Positions 9,432 to 19,320 are shown, numbered from the stretch's first letter. The stretch: 64,000 nt of DNA from Candidatus Woesearchaeota archaeon (GCA_041661165.1 JBAZVA010000001.1:9101-73100); one strand, 5' to 3'. Notes: generated from the letters alone by a model not told the origin. Numbers and translations: made by a program.

Positions 9432-10529
9432 TTATCTAATATGTACTTCAACAACATCCTTATCAACTAAAACATGCGGTAAAGACAATTTCTGTCCTGG
9501 AAATTTAGCAGATTTTCCCCATACACGAGCGTATTTGAATTTTGCAATAAAATCTTTGTGTACTTTTCTACAGAACTCTTCAATAGTCGAGCCACCAAAC
9601 ATAATTAATGGTTCACCTAAATCTGCAACTTTTCCTTGTTCTTTAGTGTATACTCTCATGAAATTTAACTTTTTGTAAACAACTTTTTTTAATTCTTCAA
9701 GATTCCATTTTGTAAATGTGGAAATAAATATGTCAACAGGATATTTTTTCTTTAGATTTTCCATTTCTTGTTCTGTAAGTAAATCAGATTTATTTACAAT
9801 TACAACACCTGAAATATATTTTTTGTTTGATTCAATTACATCAATAAGTTGATCTGCAGTGATATCTTCACGAACAACTATTTGACAATTGTTTAATCTG
9901 AATTCTCGCAAAATTTCTTCAATTGTTTTCTGATCAAGTTTTGTTAATTTTACTGTGGTTGCAAAATCAATTCCGCCTTTAGCCATTTTTTTAATTTTAA
10001 CATCTGGTTTTCTTTCATTAATTCTTATTTTTGCATCTTTTACTTCTTGCATTATACTATTGTAGCATTCAGGATGTCTTGCATCTAAAACTATTAATGC
10101 AAGTTCTGCTGAGTGCATTGCAGACAAAACTTCTCTACCACGACCTCTACCTGATGCTGCGCCGGAAACAATACCTGGTACATCTAAAATTTGAATTGAT
10201 GCGTCCATGAATTTTAAAACTCCGGGAACAACAGAAAGAGTTGTGAATGCGTATGCAGCAACTTCAGAATGTGCATCAGTTAATGCGTTTAAGATTGAAG
10301 ATTTTCCTACAGATGGATAACCAAGTAAAATTACAGTTGCGTCACCAGATTTTGAAACTACAAATCCAGTTCCTGCGCCACCACTTGCTGCTGCTCTTGA
10401 TTCTTCTTTATCTTTTAATTTTGCGATTTTTGCTTTTACAAGTCCAAGTGCAAGCTGAGTACTTTTATTGTATTTTGTTTCAGATATTTGTTTTTCAAGC
10501 TCTTTTATCTGTGAATTATAATCTACCAT
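9432..10529 (-). CDS. DRG/Obg-like GTPase with C-terminal TGS domain
   Basis: G1 GYPSVGKSS, G3 DVPGIV and G4 NKSD, plus a C-terminal TGS-like segment. Confidence 0.9.
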   Translation of the reverse strand: MVDYNSQIKELEKQISETKYNKSTQLALGLVKAKIAKLKDKEESRAAASGGAGTGFVVSKSGDATVILLGYPSVGKSSILNALTDAHSEVAAYAFTTLSVVPGVLKFMDASIQILDVPGIVSGAASGRGRGREVLSAMHSAELALIVLDARHPECYNSIMQEVKDAKIRINERKPDVKIKKMAKGGIDFATTVKLTKLDQKTIEEILREFRLNNCQIVVREDITADQLIDVIESNKKYISGVVIVNKSDLLTEQEMENLKKKYPVDIFISTFTKWNLEELKKVVYKKLNFMRVYTKEQGKVADLGEPLIMFGGSTIEEFCRKVHKDFIAKFKYARVWGKSAKFPGQKLSLPHVLVDKDVVEVHIR

Positions 10530-10582
10530 AATAGTAAATACAAAATAGTGATTTATAAATGTGGTTATTATATTATTGAGGG

Positions 10583-10750
10583 TGTGTCAAAGTCTTCATA
10601 TCAGCACGCAGAACAGTATAGAAAACATCAGTTTTCTATTAGAAGTTCCTTAGAACTTCTTTATGCAGTATATTAGTCCAGTTTCTACAGTACTTCTAAT
10701 TTACACAATTATTAGTACTATATGTGAAGGCTGGTGAGAAGACTTTGAAA
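10583..10750 (+). repeat. intergenic element, subfamily A, carrying module II (10619-10665)
   Basis: GTGTGTCAAAGTCTTCATATCAGCACGCAGAACAGTAT[module]GCAGT...ATTATTAGTACTATATGTGAAGGCTGGTGAGAAGACTTTGA. Confidence 0.9.
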
Positions 10751-10783
10751 AGAACTTATGGTGATGTAATGTCAAACGTTTTT

Positions 10784-11542
10784 CTAATCGTCATTTGGTA
10801 ATCCGTAATGTCGAACTTTAGGAATTTGAGATGCTTTTTCAATAATTTCTTTTGGATTTTTTATTATTTCTTTAAGTCTATATTGTGTTGCAGGTATAAG
10901 TTTGTCAACAAATTCTGAAATAAATTCTTCTAATTTTAATTCTCTTTTTGTTAGTTCGTTAGCAGAAGAAGCTACAAGTATACCTGAATATGTTGGTGCA
11001 ATATTTTGCAGTGTTTTAGGATATTCTTCATTTTCGTTTCCCTTATCATTACAAGAACCAACATAAACGAAAAAAGGATTTCCTTTGTCTTTTGAATAAT
11101 CGTATATTAATCTATTTTCTGTTATTGTTTTTAATCCGTTTATTAGATATGCACAAGTTCTAATAACTACCATTTCTTTTAGTGGGGTAAACATATGTTC
11201 GATTCCTTTAATTGTTATTCTTTTTTGCTTATCAAAATATTTTGAAGGTATATCTGCTAATCTCATTGTTTGTTTATCGCATCTTTCAGAATCATAATCG
11301 ACACAGCATTCAATACGTATTTTATCAGAAATTTTTTCATCAAATAAGTCAAAACGATTTCTAACTCCCAAACTTACAGTTTCATCATCTAAGTTTCCAA
11401 TCAGTGTTGGGCCGTTGTTTGTTTTCCCCAAAACAGATTCTAATTTCTCCAATGTTGGTAATTCTAAAAAAAATCCACTATTTGCAAGACCTGATACTTT
11501 TGCTGCTGATGTTATATGATTGCTACGAATTTTGACTACCAT
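10784..11542 (-). CDS. hypothetical protein (252 aa)
   Basis: Long intact ORF with no recognisable motif. Confidence 0.5.
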   Translation of the reverse strand: MVVKIRSNHITSAAKVSGLANSGFFLELPTLEKLESVLGKTNNGPTLIGNLDDETVSLGVRNRFDLFDEKISDKIRIECCVDYDSERCDKQTMRLADIPSKYFDKQKRITIKGIEHMFTPLKEMVVIRTCAYLINGLKTITENRLIYDYSKDKGNPFFVYVGSCNDKGNENEEYPKTLQNIAPTYSGILVASSANELTKRELKLEEFISEFVDKLIPATQYRLKEIIKNPKEIIEKASQIPKVRHYGLPNDD

Positions 11543-11618
11543 TGTGTTTTTTGAGAATTAATATTTATTTTTTAAATCTTTCGCTATTCTTAAGTGATGT
11601 CAAAATTTACTTTGTTTT

Positions 11619-11733
11619 AAAAGTCTTCATACCAGCAAGCAGATTTGTATGCAGATTAATAATCCAGTTTCTACCAGTACTTCTAATTTACACAATTATT
11701 AGTACTATATGTGAAGGCTGGTAAGAAGACTTT
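11619..11733 (+). repeat. intergenic element, subfamily A
   Basis: AAAAGTCTTCATACCAGCAAGCAGATTTGTATGCAG...ATTATTAGTACTATATGTGAAGGCTGGTAAGAAGACTTT. Confidence 0.9.
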
Positions 11734-11815
11734 GATTGTGTTTTGGAGATATTTATGACAGTGAAATTTATAAACAAGATAATCTTAGAAAACATGTGAA
11801 TAAAGGGGGTAAAAT

Positions 11816-12115
11816 ATGAAAAAAATACTAACAATAATTCTTTTGGTGCTAGTCAGTGCATTATTATTTGGTTGTGCGGTAACAAAAGTCGCAGACATAA
11901 AAAAAGAAGATATGATTGGAAAAACAGTTTCGATTCATGGAACGGTTAAGTCAACATTCAAACTAGGGTCATTGTCCGGTTATACAATGACTATGGAGGA
12001 TGGAGAATTATTAGTGTCCTCAAAATCTTTGCCTGCTGAAGGAAAAGAAATGTCTGTCAAAGGTGTTGTAATGAAAGATAGTATAATTCAATATTACATT
12101 AAAGCAAACGAATAA
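11816..12115 (+). CDS. small lipoprotein-like secreted protein
   Basis: Signal peptide with lipobox-like LLFGC. GGGGGT Shine-Dalgarno-like sequence 6 nt upstream of the ATG. Confidence 0.55.
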   Translation: MKKILTIILLVLVSALLFGCAVTKVADIKKEDMIGKTVSIHGTVKSTFKLGSLSGYTMTMEDGELLVSSKSLPAEGKEMSVKGVVMKDSIIQYYIKANE

Positions 12116-12116
12116 G

Positions 12117-12274
12117 GTGTGTATCAAACGTCATACCAGCACGCAGAACCTCGCAGAGGTAGCCAAGCAACGCGGCTATAGTAGCAGATTACAAGTCCGG
12201 TTCCAATAGGAACTTCTATTTAATACAATTATTAGTACTACATGTCAAGGCTGGTATGAAAAATTGAAACACAC
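12117..12274 (+). repeat. intergenic element, subfamily A, carrying module I (12149-12180)
   Basis: Starts 2 nt after the stop at 12115. GTGTGTATCAAACGTCATACCAGCACGCAGAA[module]GTAGCAG...GGCTGGTATGAAAAATTGAAACACAC. Confidence 0.85.
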
Positions 12275-12298
12275 AAAATAAATAATAACGTTGATAGC

Positions 12299-13144
12299 AT
12301 GATAAAGCAAGATAAATTACGATTCGGAACTGCAGGAATTCCTATTTCTACACAAAACAGAACAACTTTAAACGGAATTGCAGAAGTCAGAAATCTAAAT
12401 TTAGATAATATGGAATTAGAATTTGTTCAATCAGTAAATATCTCAGAAGCAAAAGCACCAGACGTAAAATCAGCATCAACAAAGAATGATGTGATGCTAA
12501 CTTGTCATGGACAATATTTTATTAATTTAAATTCTAAAGAACAGGAAAAAATGGATGCATCTATTCAAAGGATATACAAAGCAGCAAAAATAGCATCATT
12601 GTGTGGTGCGTATTCGTTGACGTTTCACGCTGCATTTTATCAAGAAACAAATCCGTTGAAAGTAACTGAGAATGTAATCACAAATTTTAAAAAAATCATT
12701 TTGAAGTTAAAAGATGATGGTTTTGATAATATTTGGATTAGACCAGAAACGACAGGAAAGGCAAGTCAATGGGGGACATTAAAAGAAATTTTAGAAGTCT
12801 CATCCAATTTTGACTGCGTTCTTCCATGCATTGATTTCTCACATATTCATGCAAGAAGTGGTGGAAAAGAAAATTCGTACGATGAATTCGCTAAGTCTCT
12901 TTCAATGGTTGAAGATAAGTTTGGAAGATTAGGTCTTGACAATATGCACATTCATGTAGCAGGAATTGCGTATTCTGATAAAGGGGAGAAAAATCATTTA
13001 AATTTATCTGATAGTGATTTGAATTACAAAGAGCTAATTAGAACGTTTCATGATTTTAAGATTAAGGGTTGCGTGATTTCTGAATCTCCTAATATTGAAG
13101 GAGATGCTTTATTACTTCAGAAAACATTTGAGACGATAAAATAA
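12299..13144 (+). CDS. nfo: endonuclease IV-like (AP endonuclease family 2, TIM barrel)
   Basis: CHGQYFINLNS, TFHAAFY, IRPETTGK, CIDFSHIHA and HIHVAGI...NHLNL match the Endo IV metal-ligand motif order. Confidence 0.7.
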   Translation: MIKQDKLRFGTAGIPISTQNRTTLNGIAEVRNLNLDNMELEFVQSVNISEAKAPDVKSASTKNDVMLTCHGQYFINLNSKEQEKMDASIQRIYKAAKIASLCGAYSLTFHAAFYQETNPLKVTENVITNFKKIILKLKDDGFDNIWIRPETTGKASQWGTLKEILEVSSNFDCVLPCIDFSHIHARSGGKENSYDEFAKSLSMVEDKFGRLGLDNMHIHVAGIAYSDKGEKNHLNLSDSDLNYKELIRTFHDFKIKGCVISESPNIEGDALLLQKTFETIK

Positions 13145-13189
13145 TTTTTATATAAAATATAATAACAAAAATATGACCTATAAAATAAA

Positions 13190-13873
13190 TTAAGCAGCCA
13201 TTCTTATTTGTTTTCTTCCATAGGATTCATTATGTTTTTTTAGAATACTTTTATTTATACTAAAAAGTATGTTAAGAAGATTTTTATTTTTTTGTTCTTC
13301 TATTTTATTTTTCTTTTTAGGATCTTGAGAATGTCTTAATTTATCTGTGATGTCCATTCTTTTAATTTTACTTGGTTTAGAACTTATTTTTAATCTTGGC
13401 ATTTTCGGAGTATCTTCATCATCAGAATTTTCTTCTGTTCCTTGTGAATATGCTAACGCGTGAGGTTGTTTTGCATACATATCTTCTAAATGCGAAGTAT
13501 ACGGAACAATTTGTGTATCTCCATTATCGTCAACAACAATTTTATAAAAATTGCAAGCGTTATCCATCATTATTTGAAAATCTTCCATTAATGTGTCGCT
13601 ATCCATTCCACCATATTCATCATCAAATCTATCTTCAAGATCTTGTAAATAATTTTTTATTTCTGGTTCACTATGACCTGAAAATTCATTTTCTTCAAGA
13701 TCGAATATTGGTTCAAAATTATTAGAATTATTTTCATATAATGATGTAAAAAATATTTTATTAAATGCTTTTTCTATTGATGTATCATACTTCACAGTAG
13801 GAAAATCATCATCACCAGAATCTTCTTCCCCACTCTCTTTAGTATTTGTGTTCTCAAAATATAATGTGTTCAA
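13190..13873 (-). CDS. hypothetical acidic protein with basic C-terminus
   Basis: Intact 227-aa ORF. D/E-rich body and K-rich tail. Confidence 0.45.
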   Translation of the reverse strand: MNTLYFENTNTKESGEEDSGDDDFPTVKYDTSIEKAFNKIFFTSLYENNSNNFEPIFDLEENEFSGHSEPEIKNYLQDLEDRFDDEYGGMDSDTLMEDFQIMMDNACNFYKIVVDDNGDTQIVPYTSHLEDMYAKQPHALAYSQGTEENSDDEDTPKMPRLKISSKPSKIKRMDITDKLRHSQDPKKKNKIEEQKNKNLLNILFSINKSILKKHNESYGRKQIRMAA

Positions 13874-14148
13874 ATTTTTCGTAATCCTCGCGTAACGTAT
13901 TCGTTACACATAATCAGCCGTTTCTTATTTTTCTTTATTTTTTATTTTCTTCTGGGCCAATTGCAGTTAAATGTAGTATTACTTATAAATAGTTAATATA
14001 TAAATCTTTCGATTCCTTTATAAGTACTTTATAAGAAAATTCATTTTTTCGAGATTTATGACTACTTATTGGTGGTATTAAAGAGAAAACTTAAATCTTG
14101 ATTATAGTTTTCATAAATTTAATAAATAGTTTACAGGTTGTGTTTAAA

Positions 14149-15507
14149 ATGAATATAATAAATTGCGAAGAAAATCCGGAAAATTTTACATTGAATCAAG
14201 TAGGTGGAAAAGGACTTAATTTGCTTAAGCTATACAATGCATCAAAAAAATCTGACTTATACACAGTTCCAGAATTTTTCATAATCCCCTCATACTCACT
14301 AAATCTTGTTTCGTCCGAAAGTGTTACGTTTGAAGAAGATGAGAAAGTTATACAAAAATTTAATGAGATAAAAAAACCAGTTATAGTTCGTTCTTCATAT
14401 TCATTAGAAGATGGAGTTAATGCAACTTTTGCAGGTATGTTCTTGAGTGTTCCAAACATATCAAATGTTGACAAATTTAGAAAAGCAGTGTGTGATATTA
14501 ATTTCTCAACAGCGTATGAAAGAGTCCATGACTATGCAGAAAAAATGGGTCTGTCTATGAATGATGAAATGGCATTTATTGTACAACAGCAGATTGTTGA
14601 ACCCTGGTTAAAGGGAATAATTCAATTGGGTAATAATGATGCAACAATTGAAGCTGTACATTTCAGCGGTAGAGAGATGAACGCTCAAGATTTGCATGAC
14701 AATTCTCAAGGGTACATTGTTAATAAACTTTACAGAGCTGCTTCTAAAGCTAGAGATGATTTGAAATTAGATGGAATTGTACAAGTTGAATTTTGTGATG
14801 TGATTGGCGATGAAGACGGAAAAGTTGATTTTGTACAAATAAGAAGATTGCCAAAAATAATAAGTCACGCTGAACAAATTAATTTATCAGTTCCTAAAGG
14901 AGCAATATATATTGAAAGTGATGTGTGCAATGGAATTTCTGGAGAGGTTAGTTTACCTGCGTATGTTACAGCAAGTCAATCTGGATTTAAGACGATGTTG
15001 ATACAAACAGGACAATCAGCTATTGTTTTGCCAGGTGGTAGATTTGATGAAAGAGCAGATGTGTTCAATGATGAAAGTAGATTGGTATGCAATCATGATT
15101 TTGAAGCATTCATAGATCTTTGTCAACAACAAAAATTTTGTAGATTGGACGAACTTTTACGATATTATAATGGAACTTGGGAAGCAGGTAACAAACTTTT
15201 TGATAGTTATTTATTAGTCTGTGATAAATTAGATGAGTCTATATCTGGAATGGCTGAGTTAACATCAAATAAAAAGGCAATAATTACTTGTCTTGAAGCA
15301 AAAACATCTTCACATGCGATGACTGTTGCAAGAGATTTAAAAATAATGGCGATGGGTTGTGGCGAAGAAATAATGAATATGACTTCTTTTTATAATCAAG
15401 TTGAAACAGGAGATATTGTTCATATGAAAAGCAATGGAAAAAAGGCTGTTGCATACATTGAAAAGAAACGTGAATTTGATCCTTATCGTTTGAATGATGA
15501 TATATAA
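14149..15507 (+). CDS. PEP-utilising enzyme family protein (PPDK_N-type ATP-grasp plus swivel phosphohistidine domain, no TIM-barrel domain)
   Basis: QVGGKGLNLLKL (nucleotide-binding domain signature) and KTSSHAMTVARDLKIMAMG (mobile His domain). ATG at 14149; the track starts at TTG 14098. Confidence 0.7.
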   Translation: MNIINCEENPENFTLNQVGGKGLNLLKLYNASKKSDLYTVPEFFIIPSYSLNLVSSESVTFEEDEKVIQKFNEIKKPVIVRSSYSLEDGVNATFAGMFLSVPNISNVDKFRKAVCDINFSTAYERVHDYAEKMGLSMNDEMAFIVQQQIVEPWLKGIIQLGNNDATIEAVHFSGREMNAQDLHDNSQGYIVNKLYRAASKARDDLKLDGIVQVEFCDVIGDEDGKVDFVQIRRLPKIISHAEQINLSVPKGAIYIESDVCNGISGEVSLPAYVTASQSGFKTMLIQTGQSAIVLPGGRFDERADVFNDESRLVCNHDFEAFIDLCQQQKFCRLDELLRYYNGTWEAGNKLFDSYLLVCDKLDESISGMAELTSNKKAIITCLEAKTSSHAMTVARDLKIMAMGCGEEIMNMTSFYNQVETGDIVHMKSNGKKAVAYIEKKREFDPYRLNDDI

Positions 15508-15527
15508 ATAATTACATTTTTTAGAAA

Positions 15528-17300
15528 TTAAATCTTCTTAATCATATAAGTATCATCTAATTTGTAACCAAGTTTTCTGTAATATCCTCTTACACCAACG
15601 CCAGAGATTACAATAATTTTTTGTTTTTTATTTTTCTTAGAAATGTTTTCAGCAACTTTCATTAATTCTTTTCCGATTCCTTTGTGCTGTGAAGAATCGT
15701 CATCACATTCTCCCATTGTTTGTGCACGGCCATAAACGTGTAGTTCACGAACAAAAGCTATCTTACTATCATCTGATGGAAATCTTAATCTGCAAAATCC
15801 AAACACCGAATTGTCATCACACGATGAAATAAAAAACTCTTTCCCGTTAGATGCATCATATTCAACAATCTCTATTTTTTGCTTTCCAGAAGATTCTGTT
15901 CTTGAACTTTCGTGTGACCTGATTTCAGAAGACAAAATTCCTTTTCTTTTCATTTCTAAATCAACCATTTGTCTAAGATTAGTTTTATCTACTCCTGCAA
16001 CAATTTTGTCAGACGGAATATCTCTTTGAACTCTCATAATTTTACAATACGAAGGAACATATTTCATAAATTCGCTAATTAACAAAACCGCATCACTTGT
16101 GTTGATTGGCTTGAATTTACTTTTGTCATACAAATCTGCTAATTTCGTGCCAGGCAAAACCATACATGGATAAATCTTTAGCATATCAGGCCTGAAATTA
16201 GAATCAGAAAATAATTCTTTCATTCCTTCTAAATCTTTTTTTGCATCACAAAGTCCAGGCATATAATGAAAGTTTAGTTTGAATCCCAAATCTTTTAGTT
16301 CACGAATGGAATCTGTCGAAGTTTTTACATCATGCCCTCTTTCAACAAATTTCAAAACATCGTCATATACACTTTGTACACCTAATTCAATTCGTGTGCA
16401 TCCTAACTTCAATAAGTCTAATCCGTTTATCTTCCGTCCGTAGTCTGGTCTTGTTTCAACAGTTAATCCAACGCATTTTACTTTTGATGTTTTGTCGTTG
16501 AAATTTATCTCTGTCGAAAGTACAGGATTAAATTTTTTCAATTTCAATCCGTTAATTATCTTCTTTTCATTCAACAAATTCGCAACTTGCTTTTTTGACA
16601 GTTTAGAAACGTCAATTCGTCTAAGAATATTCATTTTTTGTGTAATTCTCTTTTCTCTTTTTTTGTCTTTCAAATCACAAGGCAATTCAAAGAATTCTTT
16701 AAACAATTCAAAATCCACATTTTTACTTGTAAAAAATAATCGTGAGAAATCATTTAATGCTTTAAACACATAAGTAATTAATTCCGTTTGATACTTTTTT
16801 GGAAACGCACAGAACGTTCCTGACTGAATTATTACTTCTGTTTTCTCAACATCGTGTCCGAGTAACAAATATTGTTCTAATCTATTTATCACAATAAGAT
16901 ACGGATCATATTTTGCTCTTATAGAACGCATAGTTGATGGTTCAAACCCTGTATAACTTTGTGGAACATTTCCAAAATGTGATTTAACTCCACCAGGGCA
17001 AAATATGCATTTTCCGTGTGGACAAGGTAATGGTTTTGCCATTACTGCAATAGGTGCAACACCGGATAGCGTACGGGTAGGTTTTAACGTAATTACTTTT
17101 CTAAGCTTTCTATATTGCTCTTTTGTTGCATAACAAAGTAAGTCAATATTTGTCGGAAACTTTTTTGGTGTGTAAATTCTAGTAATTTTGCTTTTGATAC
17201 TTTGTAAGTCTTGATGATTTCTAATTGTAGTTTTCTCTACTTCAGTTAGAATCAGTTTAGCAATTTCCTTATCAGAAAGTGTTTTCTCTTTGGATGACAT
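15528..17300 (-). CDS. elp3: Elp3-like tRNA uridine(34) modification enzyme (radical SAM + GNAT)
   Basis: CPHGKCIFCPGG radical-SAM cluster motif and C-terminal GNAT segment QHKGIGKELM. Length is 590 aa. Confidence 0.9.
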   Translation of the reverse strand: MSSKEKTLSDKEIAKLILTEVEKTTIRNHQDLQSIKSKITRIYTPKKFPTNIDLLCYATKEQYRKLRKVITLKPTRTLSGVAPIAVMAKPLPCPHGKCIFCPGGVKSHFGNVPQSYTGFEPSTMRSIRAKYDPYLIVINRLEQYLLLGHDVEKTEVIIQSGTFCAFPKKYQTELITYVFKALNDFSRLFFTSKNVDFELFKEFFELPCDLKDKKREKRITQKMNILRRIDVSKLSKKQVANLLNEKKIINGLKLKKFNPVLSTEINFNDKTSKVKCVGLTVETRPDYGRKINGLDLLKLGCTRIELGVQSVYDDVLKFVERGHDVKTSTDSIRELKDLGFKLNFHYMPGLCDAKKDLEGMKELFSDSNFRPDMLKIYPCMVLPGTKLADLYDKSKFKPINTSDAVLLISEFMKYVPSYCKIMRVQRDIPSDKIVAGVDKTNLRQMVDLEMKRKGILSSEIRSHESSRTESSGKQKIEIVEYDASNGKEFFISSCDDNSVFGFCRLRFPSDDSKIAFVRELHVYGRAQTMGECDDDSSQHKGIGKELMKVAENISKKNKKQKIIVISGVGVRGYYRKLGYKLDDTYMIKKI

Positions 17301-17321
17301 ATTATATTGATTATCTATTTC

Positions 17322-17336
17322 GTTTAAAAACGTTGC
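17322..17336 (-). promoter_or_regulatory. TATA/BRE-like promoter module CGTTTAAAAACGTTG upstream of elp3
   Basis: Centred about 27 nt upstream of ATG 17300. Confidence 0.5.
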
Positions 17337-17436
17337 TTATAACCCAATAGGGATTGTAGTTCAAATGATCTTTTGGTTCAGTGTTTATCTGCAAAATGCA
17401 ATTCATTTTTATTCTTCAAACTCTCTAGAAAACATC

Positions 17437-18243
17437 TCAAGGATTTCCAATTGTATATTTTCTGGATTGATTTTCAAGCAAGTCACAGTGTTTCATGGAG
17501 AGGCTCATCAATTCTGTCGTTACTTTATAGTCTCTCTTAAGCATTGCTCTAATTTCTTCTTTCTTAAAATCGTTTTCTAAAGCCATAATTAAATCTTCTT
17601 CTGACGTCCAAATACTGCTATTCCCTAAAAAATCAAACGGATCGGCATTTCTATATCCAATATGTTTTTCACAATTGCAATGAATAGTAGCCACTGTTTC
17701 GTTAAATTTAATTTTGTTTTCATATTCTCTCTTCATTAATGACAATACTTCTTTTTTGTTTTCATCAATTCCTGAAATAAATGCAGAATCTATTTTAGCA
17801 ATTTCTTTCATAAATTCAGTTTTTGCTAATTGTTCGGTTCTAAAAATTTGCACCATACCTTCAAGATTGGGTTTAATATATGCCCCATACATTACGTTTT
17901 CTGGAAACGGTTCATCTTTAAATGTGTAGAGACTATCTTTCAATTTGTAAAGTCTGTTGCTTGCGGGGATACTTAATGCATCAGTTCTTACATAAAACTG
18001 TTCACTTCCATTATTCTTATTCGCTCTGATAATAATTTGATTTTTCGGATTATCATATGTTTCCAGAATAACCGGCTCATAACCTTTTAATTTAGATATT
18101 CCAGAACCAATAAAATGCTCATCGTCTCTAAAAGTAGAAATTTTTTGTTTTGTTCTGCCATCCTCTGTTTTTAATGTTTGAAGATTAGAACTGCATCCAA
18201 CCAAAACCAAAAGTGCAGCCAATAACGGTTTTTTAAAATTCAT
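17437..18243 (-). CDS. lipoprotein-like secreted protein
   Basis: Signal peptide ending in LVGCSS. Confidence 0.55.
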   Translation of the reverse strand: MNFKKPLLAALLVLVGCSSNLQTLKTEDGRTKQKISTFRDDEHFIGSGISKLKGYEPVILETYDNPKNQIIIRANKNNGSEQFYVRTDALSIPASNRLYKLKDSLYTFKDEPFPENVMYGAYIKPNLEGMVQIFRTEQLAKTEFMKEIAKIDSAFISGIDENKKEVLSLMKREYENKIKFNETVATIHCNCEKHIGYRNADPFDFLGNSSIWTSEEDLIMALENDFKKEEIRAMLKRDYKVTTELMSLSMKHCDLLENQSRKYTIGNP

Positions 18244-18403
18244 GAATTCGCCCTTGTGTTTCTTAACTCAAATCAAAACATTGCTCTTTATAATCTTTTC
18301 TAATATTACTACTGTTTAATAGTATGTAAATCTAAAACTAATTCTTCAAATTATTTTGCTTTTTAGAAAATAATGGGCAATTATTATTTTTATAAAAAAA
18401 CTT

Positions 18404-19320
18404 TTGAACTAAACCGTATTAATGTTACTTTTGTATTTTTCTAGTGGTATTTTGTATCCTATTCCTTGATGTAATCTTTCTTCATTATAAAACTTTAGGA
18501 ACGTATCTAAAGTATCTTCACCGTCTTTAAATTCAAGTTTATACGTTCCAAACCAACGTTCAATTTTTCCATTGGTTTGAGGATGATGAATTCGTCCTAA
18601 AATATGTTGTATTTCATTATCATTACAAAATTTTGTAAATGAACCAATTTCGCCTCTTGTAGGCGTAAATTGTGTTCCTTGATCAGTCAAAATACGTTCT
18701 GGTTTTCCATGTTTTAAAATTGCTATTTTGAATGCCAAAATAGTGTTTTCTGCAGTCATATTTTCAAAATATTCTGCGTGAACAATAAATCTGCTATTAT
18801 CATCTATAAATGCAATAAGATATTTTCCTGTGAATGGACATTCTGTCCAATCAGTGTGCCAAAGCATATTTGGCTTTGGCCATTCATATCTAACAAATTT
18901 AATTTGCGAAGGACGAGTTCTTTTATTCATTTTTAAACCATGTTTTCTGTATATTTTTTGGATTTGTCTTTCAGACACATCAAAACCTTCTGTTTTGAGT
19001 TTTCTCCACATTTTATTTACAGCACTATTTCTTAGTTTCCACGTTAGTAAAATTTTATTTTCAAACGTAACAATAATTTGTATTTGTTTTGCACCGGGTT
19101 TTTTATTTTCTAATGCAAAATTACCGTATTTTTTCTTTAATTTAATCCATCTATAAATAGTTTGCTTTGGAATTTTTCTAATTTGTGCAATGTGTTCTAT
19201 TGGTGTAATACCTAAATTTACGTGTTTTAAGACTCGTTCTTTGAATTTTTTTGTGTATCCCATTGTATCCTCCGGATACAAAATATAACACAACTAGAAT
19301 AAATTAGTCACCGTAACATA
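18404..19320 (-). mobile_element. insertion sequence carrying the transposase; ends only tentatively placed
   Basis: Possible imperfect terminal inverted repeat AACCGTATTAATGTTAC (about 18412-18428) versus GTAACATAATTATG (about 19310-19323), matching about 10 of 12. No clear target-site duplication seen. Confidence 0.4.
18409..19293 (-). CDS. DDE transposase (rve integrase core, IS481-like single-ORF layout)
   Basis: N-terminal HTH, then the D..D..E context HTDWT, LTDQGTQF and TNGKIERWF, followed by LHQGIGYKIP. Confidence 0.85.
   Translation of the reverse strand: MCYILYPEDTMGYTKKFKERVLKHVNLGITPIEHIAQIRKIPKQTIYRWIKLKKKYGNFALENKKPGAKQIQIIVTFENKILLTWKLRNSAVNKMWRKLKTEGFDVSERQIQKIYRKHGLKMNKRTRPSQIKFVRYEWPKPNMLWHTDWTECPFTGKYLIAFIDDNSRFIVHAEYFENMTAENTILAFKIAILKHGKPERILTDQGTQFTPTRGEIGSFTKFCNDNEIQHILGRIHHPQTNGKIERWFGTYKLEFKDGEDTLDTFLKFYNEERLHQGIGYKIPLEKYKSNINTV

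Noticed and set aside
11542-11724. ORF-track ORFs that run through the intergenic elements: 9412-9678, 11542-11724, 29122-29310, 30732-30917 and 32514-32753.
   Set aside because: Their sequence is mostly the repeat itself and they have no promoter or Shine-Dalgarno context. The same repeat is crossed in different frames and strands at other loci, so they are treated as spurious.
18404-19320. The idea that the intergenic elements are MITEs derived from the IS481-like element in this window.
   Set aside because: The sequences flanking the transposase ORF show no convincing match to the GTGTCC.AAAAGTC...CCRGC arms. The IS ends themselves could not be defined confidently.
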